DNA from: Minisyncoccia bacterium | Lineage (GTDB): Bacteria > Patescibacteriota > Minisyncoccia > Phycocordibacterales > JAKFXT01 | NCBI GenBank assembly: GCA_041485465.1 | Contig: JBGPJO010000001.1 | Location: 29,017 to 93,016 of the forward strand | DNA: 64,000 nucleotides | Direction: 5' to 3' | Part shown: positions 59,753-64,000 of the stretch, piece after piece | Layout of the letters: every line of letters starts with the position of its first letter | How positions within the stretch are numbered: position 1 is the first letter of the stretch | Position numbers and translations under genes: made by a program | The notes under the pieces: model-generated | What the model saw: the letters and a program-made list of their open reading frames with translations, nothing else | Told to the model about the DNA's origin: nothing | The model's database searches: none

Positions 59753-59779
59753 CTGACCGCGTGAGACGACGCTGGAACC
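59753..59779 (+). repeat. Cassette repeat
   Basis: CTGACCGCGTGAGACGACGCTGGAACC followed by ATTGTAGCAAAAGAAAAAGCC. Confidence 0.8.
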
Positions 59780-59826
59780 ATTGTAGCAAAAGAAAAAGCC
59801 GCCCAGTAATCGGGGCGGCATTCCCG

Positions 59827-60171
59827 CTAGGCGGGACAAAATTTGACAGGAAGTAACAGTGTCTGCACGAACACTGCTTTTGCTGTCTCTGAAAGAGAAG
59901 AGGCTGTCACTATCGCCTTCTCTGGAGTACCCACTTCGCCGTGTACTTGAACAGAAGCAAGCACGTCTCCTTTTGTCTCAAACAGTTCTGCACACTTGGA
60001 CTCAGGATTGAATCTGGTGTGCACGATCGCCCCATCAACGGAAAGGGCGGCGGCAATGTCATCGAGATGCCGCCTGAACTCAGCGACATAGAAGCCGTTG
60101 CAACCATGCCAGGGGTCAATCACGGCAATTACTCGTTCCCTAAAGAAGTGAGCCACCAATCTTCTGAACAT
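59827..60171 (-). CDS. Hypothetical cassette protein
   Basis: 114-aa ORF filling the inter-repeat unit, GGGAG upstream, hairpin at 59798-59819 downstream. Confidence 0.65.
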   Translation of the reverse strand: MFRRLVAHFFRERVIAVIDPWHGCNGFYVAEFRRHLDDIAAALSVDGAIVHTRFNPESKCAELFETKGDVLASVQVHGEVGTPEKAIVTASSLSETAKAVFVQTLLLPVKFCPA

Positions 60172-60232
60172 CTCTTTACTCCCTGGTTTTTTATTCCAAA
60201 ACTACAATATCCTATTTTCTTAAAATGTCGAA

Positions 60233-60259
60233 CTAGTGCTCTGGGACAATGTTAGAAGC
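60233..60259 (+). repeat. Cassette repeat
   Basis: CTAGTGCTCTGGGACAATGTTAGAAGC; preceded by AATGTCGAA, as is the 61010 copy. Confidence 0.8.
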
Positions 60260-60277
60260 CCACGACACTTACTAGAA

Positions 60278-60433
60278 TTAACTTTTTGTTGAATCAGCCC
60301 AGAGAAAAACAAGGCCTATCGCTATCCAGAATAGGACCTTCAACCAGTTTTGAGTTTGTACCGCTTCTATAACAGCAACGCCAAAGAAAAGTACGAATAT
60401 AGCGAAATTAGTACCTAACTTTAAATTTTTCAT
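60278..60433 (-). CDS. 51-aa two-TM membrane protein (not in ORF track)
   Basis: Manual translation MKNLKLGTNFAIFVLFFGVAVIEAVQTQNWLKVLFWIAIGLVFLWADSTKS; TGATAAAAT extended -10 upstream; fills one repeat unit. Confidence 0.75.
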   Translation of the reverse strand: MKNLKLGTNFAIFVLFFGVAVIEAVQTQNWLKVLFWIAIGLVFLWADSTKS

Positions 60434-60459
60434 GCTTTATATTTTATCAAACTTATGAG

Positions 60460-60486
60460 CTGGCTGTCTGGGATAAAGTTGGAACC
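60460..60486 (+). repeat. Cassette repeat
   Basis: CTGGCTGTCTGGGATAAAGTTGGAACC. Confidence 0.9.
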
Positions 60487-60749
60487 TATTTTTTCTTATA
60501 AGTAAGGAATTGGGTAACGACGAGCCAAGACATTATCATTCCTAAAGACATAGGAACGATAAGGACAACATCAGTCTGTAAAAATCCATAAATACTCCAA
60601 AAAGAGTATGAGACTGCGAGAATAAAAAAATAAAAGAAAGATAATCCGTCGACACTCTTTCTTATATAATTCTTTCGCACTTGCGCGGTAAGTCCGATAC
60701 AAGTCACCAGGGGCGACAAGACTACCGTAATGATTTTAATAGCTAACAT
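60486..60749 (-). CDS. SemiSWEET/PQ-loop family transporter
   Basis: 3 TM; AQVRKNYIRKSVDGLS...WSIYG; stop codon overlaps the last base of the repeat. Confidence 0.78.
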   Translation of the reverse strand: MLAIKIITVVLSPLVTCIGLTAQVRKNYIRKSVDGLSFFYFFILAVSYSFWSIYGFLQTDVVLIVPMSLGMIMSWLVVTQFLTYKKK

Positions 60750-60780
60750 TTACCAATAATAACAATGTTCATCTTAAAAA

Positions 60781-60807
60781 GTCGCTCGTTTGATATATGT
60801 TGGAACT
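60781..60807 (+). repeat. Cassette repeat (right half intact)
   Basis: GTCGCTCGTTTGATATATGTTGGAACT. Confidence 0.7.
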
Positions 60808-60829
60808 CTTTTGACCGCATGATAATGTT

Positions 60830-61000
60830 TTCGCACTTGGTAGGAGGCTCCGCAGCTACGGACTGCCTATAGGCAGAAACGGCGCGGGTAAGCATGCATC
60901 TATCCGTTGACCCTATGTAACAGCGCAAGCGAGGGTGGCAGTTCGGAAAGACGACACATTTGAGCCCGCTTCCCTTCTTCCATAAGGACGGGCTCTTTTT
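60830..61000 (+). ncRNA. Candidate structured non-coding RNA occupying one cassette
   Basis: No convincing ORF; several hairpins (TCCG-CAGCTA-CGGA, CTGCC-TATA-GGCAG, GC-GCAA-GC, TCG-GAAAGA-CGA) ending in a GAGCCCG...CGGGCTC-TTTTT terminator. Confidence 0.4.
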
Positions 61001-61009
61001 AATGTCGAA

Positions 61010-61036
61010 CTGGGGGCCTGGGACGACGTTGGAACT
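61010..61036 (+). repeat. Cassette repeat
   Basis: CTGGGGGCCTGGGACGACGTTGGAACT. Confidence 0.95.
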
Positions 61037-61555
61037 TTATTGCACCACCGTAAGGTTGTTTCCCTCAATTTTGAGATATTTTGATACGCCTACGGAGGGC
61101 TGTGCGGTCATGGGCTCTCCTGCCTTGCGGTCAGCATAATTAACTATCGACTGTCCGTTCCTGATTTCGGTCGTCTGCGGAGCAATCCTGTCCCCGAGCA
61201 GTATCGCATTCGTGCCTTGGTATCCGTTCGCCGTTTTGAGCGCAACAACCGCATAGTAGAACGTTCCGCTGCCACCGCCGTTTTGGGTGAGGATAAATGC
61301 AACGTCAGGCATGCCATCGCCGTTGAGATCCCCGGTCGCATCATTGCCGAAATATGTTGTCGTAATTTTTGATGTCGAACCGGGTACCGTCGCAACCTCC
61401 GAAACGCCGTTCACGAGAGTGACGAGTTTGCCGTCGATTATATACGTGGCATTTTTGTAATCTGTGTTTTGCGGTACCGCATTAGTGTTGCTCATCAAAA
61501 ACCACACCCCAGCGGCGGCAACGACGATCACAGCGAGCGATAGACAGGTTTTCAT
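61037..61555 (-). CDS. Membrane-anchored extracytoplasmic protein with DxNxDG Ca-binding-like loop
   Basis: N-terminal TM; GDLNGDGMPD, NGGGSGTFYY, LGDRI; stop directly abuts the repeat. Confidence 0.82.
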   Translation of the reverse strand: MKTCLSLAVIVVAAAGVWFLMSNTNAVPQNTDYKNATYIIDGKLVTLVNGVSEVATVPGSTSKITTTYFGNDATGDLNGDGMPDVAFILTQNGGGSGTFYYAVVALKTANGYQGTNAILLGDRIAPQTTEIRNGQSIVNYADRKAGEPMTAQPSVGVSKYLKIEGNNLTVVQ

Positions 61556-61575
61556 TGCATATAGTATATCGCGTG

Positions 61576-61602
61576 CTGGGGGTCTGGTACGATGTTGGAA
61601 CT
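61576..61602 (+). repeat. Cassette repeat
   Basis: CTGGGGGTCTGGTACGATGTTGGAACT. Confidence 0.95.
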
Positions 61603-61609
61603 ATTTTAC

Positions 61610-62185
61610 TTAATGATTTACATCAAAGTGAGTATAAAACTTGCTCTGAGTATAGTCTTTAAACGCAGCGGCTTTCTTGGCTCGTATTTCTAAATGATGG
61701 GGAGCTTTTTCTAGTCCATCGGGACTGTTTGTTAAATCTTGTATTTCTTCAAAACCAGCATCTGCAAGAATGTCTCTCAAAAGCTCAAAGTAATATCCAA
61801 ATTTATGCACGTCGTATTCATCTTGTTGCCATCCAAACAAACTCCCAAATCCCCAGTAGCGATCATTCAGTCCTCTTTCTTTTACATAAAAACTTTCGTG
61901 TGTTCCCTGAAGGATTTGTTCAAGATGCCAAAGTAGGTTGGGACAAATAATATAAATTGCTCCCCCGACTTTTAAAACGCGATTCCATTCCGAAAGAGTT
62001 TCAATAAATTCCTTAAGCGTGAAATGCTCAATTACATGTCGGCTATAAATTTCATCAACGGTTTCATTTTCGAAAGGCAATTCGTCCGCTCTACAGATGT
62101 GATCAACCCCAGGTATATTACGGATATCACAAGTCTCATAGCCTTCGCGTTTCTTTTTTCCACTCCCAATCTCTATTTTTTTCAT
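61610..62185 (-). CDS. Class I SAM-dependent methyltransferase (Methyltransf_11-like)
   Basis: IEIGSG, LPFENETVDEIYSRHVIEH, RVLKVGG...PN. Confidence 0.88.
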   Translation of the reverse strand: MKKIEIGSGKKKREGYETCDIRNIPGVDHICRADELPFENETVDEIYSRHVIEHFTLKEFIETLSEWNRVLKVGGAIYIICPNLLWHLEQILQGTHESFYVKERGLNDRYWGFGSLFGWQQDEYDVHKFGYYFELLRDILADAGFEEIQDLTNSPDGLEKAPHHLEIRAKKAAAFKDYTQSKFYTHFDVNH

Positions 62186-62347
62186 AATTTGCTGGCCTCA
62201 CCGGAATCGGATAATTCTCCACCAAACCTCGCAAGAGTTTTCAGGAAAATCTTACTATATCAAAATGACGTGCCTTGGACGCTCAAAAATTGGCGACTCT
62301 ATCACTAAAAAGACATGCGAACACTGCAACTGATCCCATTATGCGAG

Positions 62348-62743
62348 CTAGCGTAGCCAGTCCCGCCAACTTCGCGGCCAGCCGCGTATGAGAAGAAAAG
62401 CGAGGGAGGCAGTGATATTGATCCATCGCTCGACGAACTCCCATATATCCTGATTAATGAATGGGAGGACGCGCATGACTGCGGTCCACGTTGTCCAGAT
62501 AATCGCCCACAAAAGAACGATACGGATCGGCTTGAAGAGAAGAAAGAGCGAGACCATGATATCAAGGATACCGATCAAGAAAAGAAATTGCGTTGCGAGC
62601 GGCGCATCCCAGCCCCCGAAGGCCATGATCCACTTGACCCACTCGGGATTCCCCTCAAGCGCAGGAACGCCATGTCCAATAAATAAGCCGAAGAGGCCAA
62701 TCCTGAAGAGCCATTCAACCCACCTTAAATTCGCCATCGGCAT
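62348..62743 (-). CDS. DoxX-like membrane protein
   Basis: FRIGLFGLFIGHG, IGILDI, WEFVER; about 4 TM. Confidence 0.78.
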   Translation of the reverse strand: MPMANLRWVEWLFRIGLFGLFIGHGVPALEGNPEWVKWIMAFGGWDAPLATQFLFLIGILDIMVSLFLLFKPIRIVLLWAIIWTTWTAVMRVLPFINQDIWEFVERWINITASLAFLLIRGWPRSWRDWLR

Positions 62744-62959
62744 GTGTAATTAATCTGACCTACGTTTTAAGTATACAGCCGCTTGCGACATGCAGATACT
62801 TTTGTGTAAATAGTATGTGGATAACATAATCGGGGCGAATTACCCGTTGATGAGCTTATCACAAAGAATTTCAATACTCTTCGGAGTCCGAACCTGGCTT
62901 AAAAAAACCTTCGTCGAAAGTGTGCTCATTTCGACGCGATTTTTACGCTTAAAAATCGG

Positions 62960-62986
62960 CTGGGGGTCTGGGACGACGTTGGAACC
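62960..62986 (+). repeat. Cassette repeat
   Basis: CTGGGGGTCTGGGACGACGTTGGAACC followed by ATTGTAACAAAAGAAAAATGCC. Confidence 0.95.
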
Positions 62987-63060
62987 ATTGTAACAAAAGA
63001 AAAATGCCAGTACTTATTAGGTGACTGGCAAACCCCATGGGTATCTTTACGACTCAGGCG

Positions 63061-63417
63061 TCACTTGTAGAGGTAGGACGTCCTGGCCCATCCCCACCCA
63101 CCTTCGACTGGACCTTCGAAAAAATAGAGGTCTTGACCAGGATCAAGTTTGTGTTCTTTCCCGTTGTACGGAATGATGGTCAAGTTTGACGCCTCATCCC
63201 CCTTGATTTCAATACACCGGACTATTTGAGTTTGGTCTTCCTCCGTCGGCTGTAGGTTGAACATTGATGGATGCTTCCAGGCATCCGTCTTGCGTTGTCG
63301 GATATCGCTATAGCCACTTTCAACCAAAATGGCTACGACTTCATCGGGGGTCTTGCCCCTCAGATCAAGCTTGAGCGGTTTTACCGCACTCCTGACTTCA
63401 GCGGTCGCTGTAATCAT
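63061..63417 (-). CDS. Hypothetical cassette protein
   Basis: 118-aa ORF; GGAGGT SD at 63426-63431; ATGACT-17-TAAGCT promoter at 63448-63476; hairpin at 63005-63030. Confidence 0.75.
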   Translation of the reverse strand: MITATAEVRSAVKPLKLDLRGKTPDEVVAILVESGYSDIRQRKTDAWKHPSMFNLQPTEEDQTQIVRCIEIKGDEASNLTIIPYNGKEHKLDPGQDLYFFEGPVEGGWGWARTSYLYK

Positions 63418-63479
63418 GCTGGTATACCTCCGTTACGTCTGCGCAGTAGCTTACAATAAATTTATTTAAAAGTCATTAG

Positions 63480-63506
63480 CTGTCGGTCTGGTTCAACGTT
63501 GGAACC
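63480..63506 (+). repeat. Cassette repeat
   Basis: CTGTCGGTCTGGTTCAACGTTGGAACC. Confidence 0.93.
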
Positions 63507-63509
63507 TTT

Positions 63510-63818
63510 CTAACGGTGGACTATGAGATACAGGCCAACCGAGACAAACACCGCAGTACTTACTGCAAAAATAATGAGCGTCTGGATGAATAAACTAACC
63601 GACTCTTTCTTTTGTCCTTCGAGAAAAAGCTTAAGCGGCTGATACAAAAAGATATAGCCCATACTCGCAGCGGAGAAAACAAAAAGCGATAGCATCACAA
63701 TGGGTATAAGAACGCTATTTTCTATATGGATATATGGTGGAACATAGAACAATAATGAAGCAACCAACGCTATATATAACAAACCTGCAAGTGCGTTTAC
63801 GATAGGGTTTTTGGTCAT
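63510..63818 (-). CDS. Three-TM membrane protein
   Basis: 102-aa hydrophobic ORF; stop 3 bp from the repeat. Confidence 0.8.
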   Translation of the reverse strand: MTKNPIVNALAGLLYIALVASLLFYVPPYIHIENSVLIPIVMLSLFVFSAASMGYIFLYQPLKLFLEGQKKESVSLFIQTLIIFAVSTAVFVSVGLYLIVHR

Positions 63819-63860
63819 GCTCTTGTAACTTTACTGGTTGGTTAAAAGTTCTGTTACGAG

Positions 63861-63887
63861 CTGGCAGTCTGGTTCGATGTTGGAACT
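63861..63887 (+). repeat. Cassette repeat
   Basis: CTGGCAGTCTGGTTCGATGTTGGAACT, then an A-rich tract and a GGCCGG...CCGGCC hairpin (63905-63930). Confidence 0.93.
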
Positions 63888-64000
63888 ATTTTAGAAAAGG
63901 AAAAGGCCGGACACCTGTGAAGGGCCGGCCATTGATGTTAGTGCCTGGACAGACTACGCAGCTGCTGGCGTCCATTCGATAGCCGCTGGGGTTGGATCGG

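Larger units (their letters stand above)
56312..64000. mobile_element. Array of repeat-delimited gene cassettes (integron-like architecture, non-attC repeat); probably continues beyond the window
   Basis: About 13 copies (from near-perfect to degenerate) of a 27-bp direct repeat, all intergenic, separating unrelated minus-strand genes. Confidence 0.8.

Noticed and set aside
60743-60928. 61-aa minus-strand ORF in the putative RNA cassette
   Set aside because: It crosses the repeat, overlaps the SemiSWEET start, has a non-ATG start and shows no recognisable features.
62816-62824. Perfect DnaA boxes (TGTGGATAA here and at 41110-41118) as a replication origin
   Set aside because: They are isolated single boxes with no cluster, no unwinding element and no dnaA/dnaN nearby.
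62868-62894. GTCCGAACC as another repeat copy splitting the 1.4-kb unit
   Set aside because: Only the core resembles the consensus, it does not lie between the two genes of the unit, and no clear copy is visible at 62186-62347.
59382-63887. CRISPR array interpretation of the 27-bp repeats
   Set aside because: Intervening segments are about 200-1400 bp, vary in length and encode whole genes. The repeats are too divergent and no cas genes are present.
59382-63887. Classical integron attC sites
   Set aside because: The core is GTTGGAAC rather than GTTRRRY, there is no paired RYYYAAC inverse core enclosing a long imperfect palindrome, and no intI is in the window.
59382-63887. Xer dif/pdif modules
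   Set aside because: The length is similar but there is no XerD-like TTATGTTAAAT arm or 11-6-11 symmetry, and all copies are in direct orientation.

Overview
Bacterial chromosomal window in standard code 11. The gene content points to a reduced-genome Patescibacteria/Parcubacteria (CPR) organism: shortened housekeeping proteins, GYAWSDNIGW- and WxGPTATPP-type secreted proteins, and largely SD-less starts. This assignment is inferred from protein families, not from a database search. About 1-40.9 kb is core genome: rpoC(partial)/rpoB, trmD-khpA-rpsP, rnr, smc, rnc, nusB, rpmF, rnhB, dnaE, thrS, a sortase plus substrate, gyrB, pheT/pheS, a GT2, tRNA-Thr(TGT), tsf/rpsB, prfA, rpmE, a lytic transglycosylase, rplY and a sugar-phosphate cluster. 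41-45.7 kb holds four glycine/cysteine-rich secreted proteins, three of which share a constant N-terminus. 46-64 kb is accessory. The main discovery is at about 56-64 kb: an array of short, mostly single-gene, same-strand cassettes separated by a 27-bp direct repeat (consensus CTGGNNGTCTGGKWYRAYGTTGGAACY). The repeat varies in a codon-like way (LxVWDDVGT+hydrophobic), resembles an antisense tRNA 3' end, and decays from right to left. It is neither CRISPR nor a classical integron attC array, and no recombinase is present in the window. Other oddities: an intact NlpC/P60 peptidase inserted inside PheT, a sortase substrate with a DnaX-like cytoplasmic tail, a NusB-Nudix fusion, a hinge-less SMC and a candidate structured-RNA cassette.
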